Position numbers and translations under genes: made by a program. Shown piece by piece: positions 1-10,143 of a stretch of 64,000 bases of DNA. How positions within the stretch are numbered: the stretch's first letter is position 1; each line of letters opens with the position of its first letter. The stretch lies in NCBI GenBank assembly GCA_001949185.1, contig BDGG01000002.1, positions 8,964,362 through 9,028,361 of the forward strand. The letters run 5' to 3'. Below the pieces are notes generated by a model. The model searched no databases, was not told the DNA's origin, and saw nothing but the letters and a program-made list of their open reading frames with translations. This stretch comes from Ramazzottius varieornatus (Eukaryota; Animalia; Tardigrada).

Positions 1-185
1 CTATTAAACACTTCGGCAATCACCTACGACAAGAACTGTAAAGTTCTGACTGCATTTCTGAATGATCTCAAATAAAACAATGATTGTTTGAATTGTGAAA
101 TTCCAGGTTTCCAGTTCGAATGACGTCACTCTTACCGATGCACGCGTACGGTCGTACAGTCTCAAAAGTCACCTTACGGCGGAAC

Positions 186-1257
186 TGGACACCTTCTTTG
201 TTCATGTAAAGTATCCCGCTTTAGAGTTTAGACGATAACTCTGTTATTTATTGCTTGATATCTGTCATTTCAGGACGCCATTAAATTCATAGATGTTTTC
301 CACGCTGTCAAGGTATGCTTATCGCTCCTGGATATAATGTCTTTCTTCATGCGGCATACCGATGCAGACTATCAAATTGTTTTATTTACTTAGCCGGAGA
401 AAGACTGGGAAATTCCGGAAGGAGCTTCAGCTTATAAAACCTTTTGGGATTTTGTCACGCAGCAGTCGGAGACCTTGCACCATGTGATGTGGGTGATGTC
501 TAATCGCGCTATACCACGTTCATATGCCATGATGCAGGGCTTTGGTGGTAAGAGATAACCATACAATCTGTGGCCGAGAAAAGACCGTCTGAATTCAGAA
601 TGCCGTTTGATTCTGGGGTATTTCAGTGCATTCGTTCAAGATGATCAATGCTGAGGGAGTGGCACGTTTCGTCAAGTTCCACTGGATTCCCTTGGCCGGT
701 GCCAACTCGCTGCTCCGGGACGAAGCGCGAAAGATTGCCGGCAAAAATTCAGACTTTCACCGGTAGGCCACCGGTAGCCCTCTCATTACTCCCAAAGACA
801 GGTTAGTTAGTTGGTTTCCTCATCGCCTTGTCTAGTTGGTCAATCTGACCGACTTGCTCTTCTTCCGCTGCTAGCATCAAGGGACGCAAGGTGGCCATCT
901 TAGCGGCTGACGGTGTCGATGGGGCGGCTGCGCTGGCTGTAATGTCGGTTTTGAAGGCTGGTGGTGCCATGGCGCAGATTGTGGCACCTCGAATGGGCTC
1001 CCTGAAGGTAAGTTCAGGCCAGGAAGGAGAGAAGGCCTTGCAGGTTGATGGCTTGGTCACCGGCTTGCCTTCCATCCTTTTCGACGCCGTCTACCTGCCG
1101 GGCGGCAAAGACTCGATTCAGGCTCTGCTCAAGATGGCCAAGGTACTAGCTGACTTACTTCTCCCAAAACAAAAGCTCACCTGTATCGAATTGTTCTTTG
1201 CAGCACAGCATTATCTGATGGAAGCTTACATTCACTGCAAGCCCATGGCGGCATCGG
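186..1257 (+). pseudogene. Large-subunit (clade 2, KatE/HPII-type) catalase fragment with spliceosomal introns, internally deleted
   Basis: Spliced exons read TFFVH|DAIKFIDVFHAVK|[51 protein letters not shown]|VHSFKMINAEGVARFVKFHWIPLAG..DEARKIAGKNSDFHR. The next exon (875-) reads IKGRKVAILAADGVD..PSILFDAVYLPGG..HYLMEAYIHCKPMAA, the DJ-1/GATase-like C-terminal domain of clade 2 catalases. The region carrying the proximal heme Tyr is absent. Confidence 0.85.
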
Positions 1258-1316
1258 GTAGGTTTCTCGTTACACTACATGGTATTTGGTTCCGTATTCT
1301 GTAGCTCATACTAGAG

Positions 1317-2789
1317 AGGTTGATACGAAATCCGAGCAGCGCAAGAAAACCGAGTAGCGTAAGAGCTTGGCCCCGCCTACTCCTTACTCGGAGAGGTTGA
1401 GACTCGCTGCTCGGTGCGCTCGATTAGCGTAACTTTTCCACAGAGTTTTTGCGAAAATCCATCTCTACTCCGACGTGACTTTCAAACGAATCACTGAATT
1501 ACACAGAGTTTTGGTTTGAGTGTAGGAAAACGAGAATTAACGTTCAGTCCTAGTTTGCAAACCAAAAACGAGATGGACGAGACGACCACAAAAGCTACAG
1601 TTAAAGGCGGAGTCGAAATCAAGCAACGTGCTAAAGCTACAGTTAAACGTACAGTACACCTCTCATAATGATTTTGCTGAAGTTAAAGTGAAAGTAACAG
1701 TTCCGTTCAGTGTTTGACAGTCACAGTTGCGCCAGCAGTCAAACCCACAGTTACGCTGCGGAACTCCGTTTCTCTTCAGGTTGAAAAGCCACAGTTAAGC
1801 AGTGTTGAACAAAGTACCGGTACTACCCGGTAATACCTGTACTAAGTATCGATTTCGCAGTACTTGTACTTTACCCTGTACCGACGGCCGATACCTGTAC
1901 CTTACGGGAGGTATTTCAGGTATTTACCCGGTAATACCGGGTACTGAAGGCTGACGGTAATCACCGAAAGTACCGCGAAAGTACCGGACGCATGGGTTCG
2001 ATTGTCAGAGATATTAGTGTTTTTGAGTGCGAAACACGGCGCTGCCCATATACGTCCGACCGTACTTCAACTAGCGCATGTGCGCACTCGCGCAGTGCGA
2101 AGTATGCAGCCCGTGCACCTACTGTGTATCAGCGTTATGGTGTATGTAGGTGCGCGAAGCTAACAGTGCATTTTGAAACGACGATCAGCAGGTGCACCCG
2201 CTGATCAGCAGTCAAGAATTTCAAAGCGAGTTTCTGATTTATAGTCCGGTCGCTATGCTCCTACTGTTCGTATCTTACCTTTGATGCTTTTTTCCCACGG
2301 TAAATTCGGTATACTTTTTGGAAAATACTCTACCGGCGGAATTACCTGTGAATCTTGCCAACTAACGATACTTTACCTGCGAGGCGAGCCGAAATACTTT
2401 ACTTTACCGAGTACCGAACAACCAGTACTTGTTCAACACTGCAGTTAAGCATGGAGTTACTCTTACAGTTGGAAACTATCTCAAATGGGAAGTCAGACGC
2501 CAATAGGCACAGTCAGAACTGCAGTTCATATTCGTGTGACAACCTTAGACTTAGAGAGCAAAATAGAAGTTTGACGAACTTTTGGAACGAAATACCTACC
2601 GAAAAGCATGTTTGGAACGTTACTCGGAGTTCTTACGCGCTCAAGTAACGGCCCACATGCCTTACTCGGGAATAGGTGCCGAGCACATTAGTTAGTTCAG
2701 CTGATTCGGCTCCGCCCCGAGCTCGATTTTGATTGGCTCGTTCTTACGCTACTCGGACTTCTTACTCTACTTGAGCGTCGTATCAACCT
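1317..2789. mobile_element. Non-autonomous DNA transposon with ~49-bp imperfect TIRs (superfamily uncertain, possibly PIF/Harbinger)
   Basis: Left end AGGTTGATACGAAATCCGAGCAGCGCAAGAAAACCGAGTAGCGTAAGA; reverse complement of right end AGGTTGATACGACGCTCAAGTAGAGTAAGAAGTCCGAGTAGCGTAAGA. Many internal ACAGTT motifs. No matching TSD. Confidence 0.7.
1800..2441. mobile_element. hAT-family MITE nested in the 1317-2789 element
   Basis: TIRs CAGTGTTGAACAAAGTAC and GTACTTGTTCAACACTG; perfect 8-bp TSD CAGTTAAG (1792-1799, 2442-2449); GTAC/TACC-rich subterminal repeats. Confidence 0.9.
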
Positions 2790-5002
2790 TTGGACTGTGA
2801 AGACCACGGTAACGAGCGTGGTAATGTCTTTTTCGTCATCCTCAAGATAAACTACTGGCTCCCACGAAATGGACGACGCCCAGCCCGGCTGTAAAGACTC
2901 GCCGGTTGAGTTCCCTCCTAGCTCGTACTGCATCTACCAACATGGTCGCCTAAAAAATGGTATTCACAGATTTTCCCTTCTATGCTTTTCAGTATCCTCT
3001 CATGATTTTACAAATTTATTGTTTTTATCATTGAATTTCCACATACCAAAGGTCAGTAATTAAATTATCGAAATTTTCCGACAAACGGATCATGGGTAAA
3101 CTAATTTTTAACAAGCTGATGACAAATGAAATAAAACTGGAAGTAGACACGTATTAGAACTGAAGAACTTCCAACTCTTCTTAGTTGTACATCCAACACA
3201 CCTTTGTGTTTCCCGTAGGTATCATCCCCGCCAATTGTCCCATCGGTTTCAACTGGTCGTGGTTGGCACTGGACGAGATCAACGGAGGTAACGTCTCTCA
3301 CGGCGGCGCCGTTCCTCTGGGCGAATTTTTCTAGTTCGCTACGGTGCCTTACTTCTGCTGCCGTAAAGATGGCGACCCTGAAGCCCAGATTTCCCTGCCG
3401 AACAAGCACGCCTTCGTCCTGTTCCCCACGTCCGTCAAAAAGACCTGTCAAAAAATGGCCGGCATGACTGAGCAAAAAGCTGAGATCTCTTATGACAGCA
3501 GTAACGTTAGCGACAACGGAGCTCCATCGGCTCCTGACTACCCACCACCCGAGTACTACATCGATGTTCCCAAGGGCTTCTTCGGCAAAGGCATGCGTAT
3601 CGCAGTGAGTAAGACCCAATAACAACTGGGCATTTGGCAAAAAAACTCGAGACGACCGTTTTTCAAGAGCTTTCGGTCAGTAACGCGCCACTTGGGGAAG
3701 TAATCTTACCGAGCTCGCATTTTGGTATCTCGTCCATATTGTAAAATGTAAATACTATCACCAGAAACTCTTCATGCATGCTCTAGATCTGCCATTACAA
3801 TCCCGACTTCCCAGGTGGCAAGAATTCTCGAAGCGTCGGTCACACGTTGAACCATCCGGCTCCTCTACCCGTCAAAGCGTCCGCGCCTCCTACTTGCTGG
3901 CCTCACGACAACTTTGTCTTGTACAAGCCAAAGTCCGGCTGTCCCGATGGCTGGTCGGAAGGCTCGGTTCATCACACCCTTCTGCCTAACTCGAGGATCG
4001 CTCCCAGTCTGGACTCCGCTTTGGTCGAAGATGGCGTCATCTCCAACTACTGTGCTCACGAAGGTACCAATGCTGATCGGCACTGCTCGGAGAGCAATAC
4101 CACCAAATGGGCAAGGGTTCCTACTGCATTGCCGAAGGAACCATCAAAGAAGGTGGCATCATCGACAAGTCCTGTCCGGAGGGCTTTGAGTACAACTGGT
4201 TCATTATCGAAGACATCGCCACCAACAACAGGAACGAAATGAACGAATAAGTCCCTGAGGGTGAGTATTGCGGCCGATTACTGTAGGTGTACATCATTTG
4301 CACGAAACCTGGGCAAACATTGAAGCCCGACAGAATTGTTTTTTTCAAGTGGCGCACAGTTCCGGCCGATAAGGCATCAAACCGCGCGCCACGCGAGGAA
4401 ACAAACAGACACGGCAAGAAGACAATTCCTAAGCAGCGCACGTTCACAGCCAATGGCACCGTAGAGGTGTGCCATTAGGGGAAAGAATCTCCCCAAGTCA
4501 ATTTGTTATACCCCACGGTACTCGCTTTGTTGTACATAGGCGAGTACTACGATTACTGCACCGTGTACTACTTCTGCTGTCGCGATGAGGGTGAGGTCGA
4601 CGAGCCCATTCAGTTACCCACCACCCCTTCGTCCTGTTGCCCAACAATGACGACCGAAAGTGTCAAGCTGTGGTCGGTATGTCGTCGACCTACGAGACCA
4701 TGTTCTACGACTCGGAGGACGCTGATTCGGACTTTGTCCCCAGACCACCCAACGCCACCTACATCGACTACGTCATCGACCGACCAAAGGGAGCATGGGG
4801 TGCCGAAGCCAACGTTCGTATCTGCCATTACACCGCCGATTTCCCGGCTCGAAGTGCTATGATGGACGGTGGACGCGGAAGCATGAATGGCGGAGGCAGA
4901 CATATGAACGGCAACAACAACGGTATACGCGGCGGTAACAACAACATGCCGAACCGCAACCAGGGTGGTAACATGAGCAGCATGACTAGTTTAACCCCAT
5001 AA
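2790..5002 (+). pseudogene. Apextrin C-terminal (ApeC) domain gene with two domains, 5'-truncated and frameshifted
   Basis: ApeC-type motifs occur twice: FPPSSYCIY..CPIGF..YFCCRKDGDP..ISLPNKHAFVLF and CWP..GCPDGW..NYCAHE..WAKGSYCI..CPEGF..VPEGEY..YFCCRDEG..IQLP..FVLLP..YDSED. Introns at 2960-3218, 3605-3786 and 4261-4539. Frameshifts near 2857, 3335, 4112 and 4622. Ends in a G/N/M-rich tail, stop at 5002. Confidence 0.75.
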
Positions 5003-5949
5003 CCAATAACCGGCAGTTCGCCTAAACTCATACCCCATTTTCTGTTTCACTTTAACTCTCACTTACTGCTCTACGACTAGCAAAGTACTCTACATGTGTA
5101 TTAAAAATTTTGTCGAAGTGTCGTACTCGTACCCCAGAAGGAGTAGGTGGAAATCAAGAAGTTTTCGCAAAACCAACATGCAGTTTACTTTAGGCTGGTT
5201 TGCTCGCGTGCGAAACGTTTCAAAACAATATGGCTGATGATATTCTGTTGGAAAAACCTTCTAAGTATAGTATCAGGTGCGGAAGTATGACTTGTTACTC
5301 CTTGAAAAACCCTAACTTCAAAAATTCATAGTTACGCTCCCCCTTGTCTTTTTGTCCTGCGCCTTTTTTCCAGTCACTCTGTCAACTCCTAGCTATCGTT
5401 TGGCGTTCCATTACCCAAGTTTTTCAGCTTCGGGGTGGGGCAGGAATGGTTTTTTCGGAATCATGGATAGCCAAAATTTTAAGTGAGTCATCTGTTCGAA
5501 TTTTCTCAAGGCTTCAACGCACCCACACAGGCGCGAAGATATGCTTTGTTTCTCTTGTTGAAGAAGCTATTAGTTAAACTGTTGGAGGTTGGGTAATTCT
5601 GCTCAGCTCTGGAGATTTCTAGGTCAGAAGTCACCCTTACGGAAGACCGAAACTGCCGTTGGACAATGACATGCTCGGGGAGTCCGTTGAACCCGATTCT
5701 CCCCCGAACTCTGGTAAAATCCTTACGAGACTTTAAGGTGCCTAACTATATCTTTGCTGGACGTCCGGACAAAACGGGAAGACAAAAAAGTCATGGAATC
5801 GGATTCCCCGTTCACCATGCGCACCTTACGATGAACGCATAATTCCACTTTCCGTAGCCTCAAGTTCCTGAATGACAGCGAACCGATCCCCAGGTCACAT
5901 TGTTACCAGTGACAAAGAATGGACTTTGTAAGACATCCTGGAACAAAAA

Positions 5950-8900
5950 TATGTACATATACACACATACTATTCAGTTTCCAAAAGGAAGAAAGACAGA
6001 TCTAAACAAGGAAAAACACGTCAAAAGCTTACGGTATAGATTTTTCCTTTGTAACATCCAAAACAAAAAACGCCTCATCCAGACCTTTCTGATCTTTAAC
6101 AGTTGAAATAACAGAAAAACAATTACCACGCTGAATGTCAATAGACATGCGCTGCTTAAAAAATTGTAAAGAACGATCCTCTCCAGTTATCTCAAGCATC
6201 TTTTTACCAACTGTCTCAAAAAGTTCCGTTGCTGAAGGTCCCCACGGTCCAAAGGTCTCCAGTACGACTGGATAGAAGGAGAACTGCTGGCCGTTGTCAA
6301 CATACTTTGCCTTCTTCCTCTTTTCAGCTTCTTCCGCAGCCGATCTTGCTCTCCTCGACGAATCGACAACGTTCATCTGAGCCAACGTGTCGACAACTGT
6401 CACGTCCCACACTAGCTCCTTTCCATTCTTCCATGGGACTTGTGACATTCCGTCAGGCCGTCGCTTGTCCGCACGGAAAATTCCCGGTGGTTCCAGGATG
6501 GCAGGCACCTGAGCGGCGGCTAAAGCTCGGCGAAGGGACTCGTTCAGTGCATTGTGGCGACTGTGGCGTCCGCCGCTGTTCTTGCAGCTCAGGCCGTGCT
6601 GTCCGAGCTCGTCCACCATCTTTCCGCACCGACACACGTGAGGTCCGGATAGTTTTGCGCCTAGACGCAAACCGAGGCTTACTCTTAGCGTGTTGTCGTC
6701 CAGAAGGTTTCCGAGTGAGGAAGCCGGAAGTGCGTGGAGCCATGATCCCGAGTTTTTGTCTGAAACAGCTAAAAGACGGGCTTTAGTGTTGAGTGAAGCA
6801 GCACTTACAATTGCGTCATGGCTGTTCTTTAGAAGAGGAAGGTCCCAGGCTCGCTGCTGATGACGCAGCTCGGGAAGTGGAGGATCAGCCGTCGTCAGGA
6901 AGGTCCACTTGGTCGAGGCGAGATCAGTTTCGCTGTCCAAATCGGCACCAGGAAGGATGCTGGGCACCAGTTGTTGAACGGAGTGGATCGAAGCCAAAAA
7001 GGCTGGGTGTGCGACCTCTTCCGTACGACGGATGCCCAGTCCATCTAAACCGACTGGAAGCGTTGCTTGACGCCATGGCTCGGAAGACATCTGGACGTTG
7101 GTGGTTTCCGCTAGACTCGAGCGTACCACCTCGTCGAACTCCTTCAGCACTTCTAGGAATTTCCACACCGGGGAGCACCGCAGAATGTACAGGAGGTTAG
7201 GCAGGCAGAGGCAATTCTTAAGAAGAAAGAGAGCTTGATGGGCGTGCATGAGGCAAAGTCTTTTGCTGACAACTTTCATCGGACCTGTCTTCGCTCGGAG
7301 AGCTTCTTCCAAGCCCTCTTCCATCAAGGGGGCTCCCAGCAGGTACAGCTCACTCCTGGAAGGGAGTAGAATGCCGGGGCAAACAACGTTCACTTTCTGC
7401 TCGATGGCCACCCGATCCTGGTGCGAACCGCCAAAGACGAACAGCTCGCACTTGGAAGTATTTAGTTCCAAGCCCAGCTCCAGTCCTTCCGTCATAACAG
7501 TCTGTAAATCTGAAACAACACAATCAACATCCCCTCCAATGGTACCATCGTCGAGGTACCAGACATTCAAAGGCGAAGTAAGGCCCTTAGTCAGACTCTC
7601 GATCACCAGACAAAACAACAAGGGACCTAGGGGATCCCCTGCTGTACACCACTTGCTGATTCTAAGACATGCTCGTCATACACCAACTTTGACGGTCGCC
7701 TTTAAGACTGCCAAACGAAGGGTAGATACATTGGCATGGTGTCATGGACGATTCAGATAAGCACATCCCGACGAATGGTGTTAAAGGCGTTCTTGAAGTC
7801 GAGCTCGAGCAAAACTTGGCTTGCGGTTTTTCCTTCTTCCAGGAAACTTCGCACAGCATGACTGCTGCTTCTGCTCCGCCTCTCATACCGCATCCCACCT
7901 GCTCCGGTCTCACTCTTTGCTGCATTTCGCTCCCAATTCTTTTCCCAATGGTCTTTCCCGCAAGGCGCCGTAGTGTCTTACCCATGGCAATGGGACGAAA
8001 AACACCATCTTTATTCTTCAGAGCTGTCAGAAGCGCCATACAGTACCTCACATACATTGTCCGGTACTTTACCATGCAACATCTGAGTCATGAGCTTCGC
8101 CAGTGCTTCCGACAAGGCCACTGTTGCTCCATTCGAAGCGCCTGTCAACATATCCTTGATGTGCTGAGGTCGTAAGCCATCGAGACCACCAGCTGTGCCA
8201 TTCGGAAAACTCCCAACTGCCGCTACCACTTCCTCTACCGTTACCTCGGGTGGAGGCGCTGAATCGTCAGGTCTCTCCTTGAAGACTGCATCTGGACTCT
8301 CAGGAGAATGCTCGGCTCCTAAGACGTCAAGAACTTCGGTTGAGGGGACCGCTACCGAATCTTCGGACGATAAGACCCGGAGCGCTCCGCTTATGTCACC
8401 GTCGTTGATCTTGCCTTCCACGATTTTCTTCGCCGAGGCTTCCGCTGTCTGCTTCTTGCTTTTCTTCTCTCCCTTGGAGACTGCTTCATCTTCTCTCCCT
8501 TGGAGACTGCTTCATCTTCTCTCCCTTGGAGATGTCGAGCTGTTGTCTCGAGAGGTTGTTCTTGACGGTGGTGGTAAGGTTAGGCTTCTTGTTATTCTTC
8601 CCTTCCGGTTGCTTTAGACTTGCGAAACTGAACAGGAGTAATTTACGCCAAGACGAATCTGACTTCTGCTGCAGGACATCTTCCAGTTTGTCGGTAAAGC
8701 TGGTAGCTGCTGTCATGCGAGCACCCTTTGGAATCCTCCTGATGATCCTTGTCGTCGCCCTGAGTTTCTGCAGCAAAGAAAGGATAGGCTCGGAGTCGAT
8801 CAGCTGATCAGTGGTCGTGGTTGCGTGCGATGCCTGACTTGAGGAAGAAAGACCATCTCTTCTGTTCTTTTCCTGCTGAGCTAAACATGGCCGTTGGTCA

Positions 8901-9060
8901 ACATGTCTGCTCATTCCTTTGACTGTGAACAGACCACCACATTTTCCGCAGGGTATCTTGGGATCGGGCGTAGCCATGAGGCTAGATGCATATTCTGCAA
9001 CAAAACCTCAAACCAAAATTCTGCTCTCTAACAATCTTCACGGAGTCGCGCTGCAAGATG
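5950..9060 (-). mobile_element. CRE-clade non-LTR retrotransposon (RT plus restriction-like endonuclease), frameshifted
   Basis: ORF pieces 8977 to 6029 contain an N-terminal Zn finger (CGKC..RH), GLDGLRPQH, FRPIAMG, QQGDPLGP, WYLDDG, a CRCG..H..C knuckle, RHNALN, and the RLE motifs RPDG..WDVTV..ETFG..IQRGN. Ends approximate. Confidence 0.85.
8463..8532. repeat. 26-bp tandem repeat (about 2.7 copies) inside the CRE ORF
   Basis: Unit TCTTCTCTCCCTTGGAGACTGCTTCA repeated at the point where the CRE reading frame breaks. Confidence 0.85.
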
Positions 9061-9758
9061 AAAATTGGAATGTCTCGAAACAGCGGAAGTGCCGCAGAAA
9101 ATCTCGAGTCGTGAGCGGCACCAAAGGCAAACTACGATTACTGTCTGGTTACTATCTTATAGTCCAGAGCGCCGTAAATCGTTCCGCCCAGTATAGCGAT
9201 GGCTGTGGACTAGACCTCTTTGGAAGGAGTAAGAATGATAAAAAAACTTGTTCACTGAACGAAGTTATTCAGTTAACTCAAAGCACTACTGTTGCAAGTC
9301 AGCTCCAGAGTGCACACTGACCAAAACGGTTCCGCAGAACTGCAGGAGGTGAAACTGGAAACTCTCCTTCAGACACCAAGAAGTCGGGATCCGATCCTAA
9401 CGGACCATCACCATATCGCAAAATTAGAGCACCTCCAGTGCGAAAGAAAAGTTTTCTCCAGAGAGGGTGCAAAAAATGGCTGCGGATAGTTTCTTTCATC
9501 TTCCGCCATACTACTACAGTAAAGGCACGAACACGATGCTAAAAAACTGCCTGAAGTATTTTGCTAGTACGGGGTGGATAACCTGATCAAAATTTTTGAA
9601 AATTTTCGTCGGAGGAGTAACAAGTCGTACTTCCGCAGCTGACAGAAAAATACTGTTTACGAGTTCGTGCACATGGTTAGATCTGTCAGCGACAGTATTG
9701 CTGCTAGCTCAGGGGTAAGTGACATTTTCCACGTATTCTCTGAATTTCTTTTATCGTA

Positions 9759-9911
9759 CTGTGGTGCTACCAAATTATCGCGCACCCAACCAGGTGATGA
9801 TTCATTGTTGCCCAGTGCGATCAGATGATTCAGTGTCGTCTCTGTGACTTTCACCCGGGCATCATTTACTGATCACGTGGTTGAGTGCGCGATAATTTGG
9901 TAGCACTACAG
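9759..9911. mobile_element. Tc1/mariner-type MITE (153 bp)
   Basis: TIRs CTGTGGTGCTACCAAATTATCGCGCACCCAACCA and TGGTTGAGTGCGCGATAATTTGGTAGCACTACAG; TA on both flanks. Confidence 0.85.
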
Positions 9912-10143
9912 TAGCTTTCTTTTTCCGCCAAGTTTCAGTGTTCACTTCGAAGCACATATTATATGGAATAAAACATTAGACTGGTGGTGACAAAATCTTC
10001 TGCGCACCACTTTGGATAAGTATCACTTATTCCGAGAAAAAGAGGAAATCTTTGGTACAAAGAAAAGCAATAAAACCAGGGGAACGTCTCTGTCGCTTTC
10101 CAAACAGATGACTAGTTAATTAAAGGCAAAAACTCTATTCTGG

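Larger units (their letters stand above)
5273..9642 (+). mobile_element. Degenerate mariner transposon split by a CRE retroelement
   Basis: 29-bp TIRs TCAGGTGCGGAAGTATGACTTGTTACTCC and GGAGTAACAAGTCGTACTTCCGCAGCTGA, with TA on the left and CA on the right. Relic transposase motifs before the insert: SGDF..GRP..DND..GKTKK..IP and HIVTSDKEW. After it: HQRQTTITVW and LQEVKLETLLQTPRSRDPILTDHH (resembling YSPDLAPSDYH). Many stops. Confidence 0.8.

Noticed and set aside
1590-2450. Spaced short repeats that could suggest a CRISPR-like array
   Set aside because: Irregular subterminal motifs of DNA transposons; no constant repeat-spacer period, and the context is eukaryotic.
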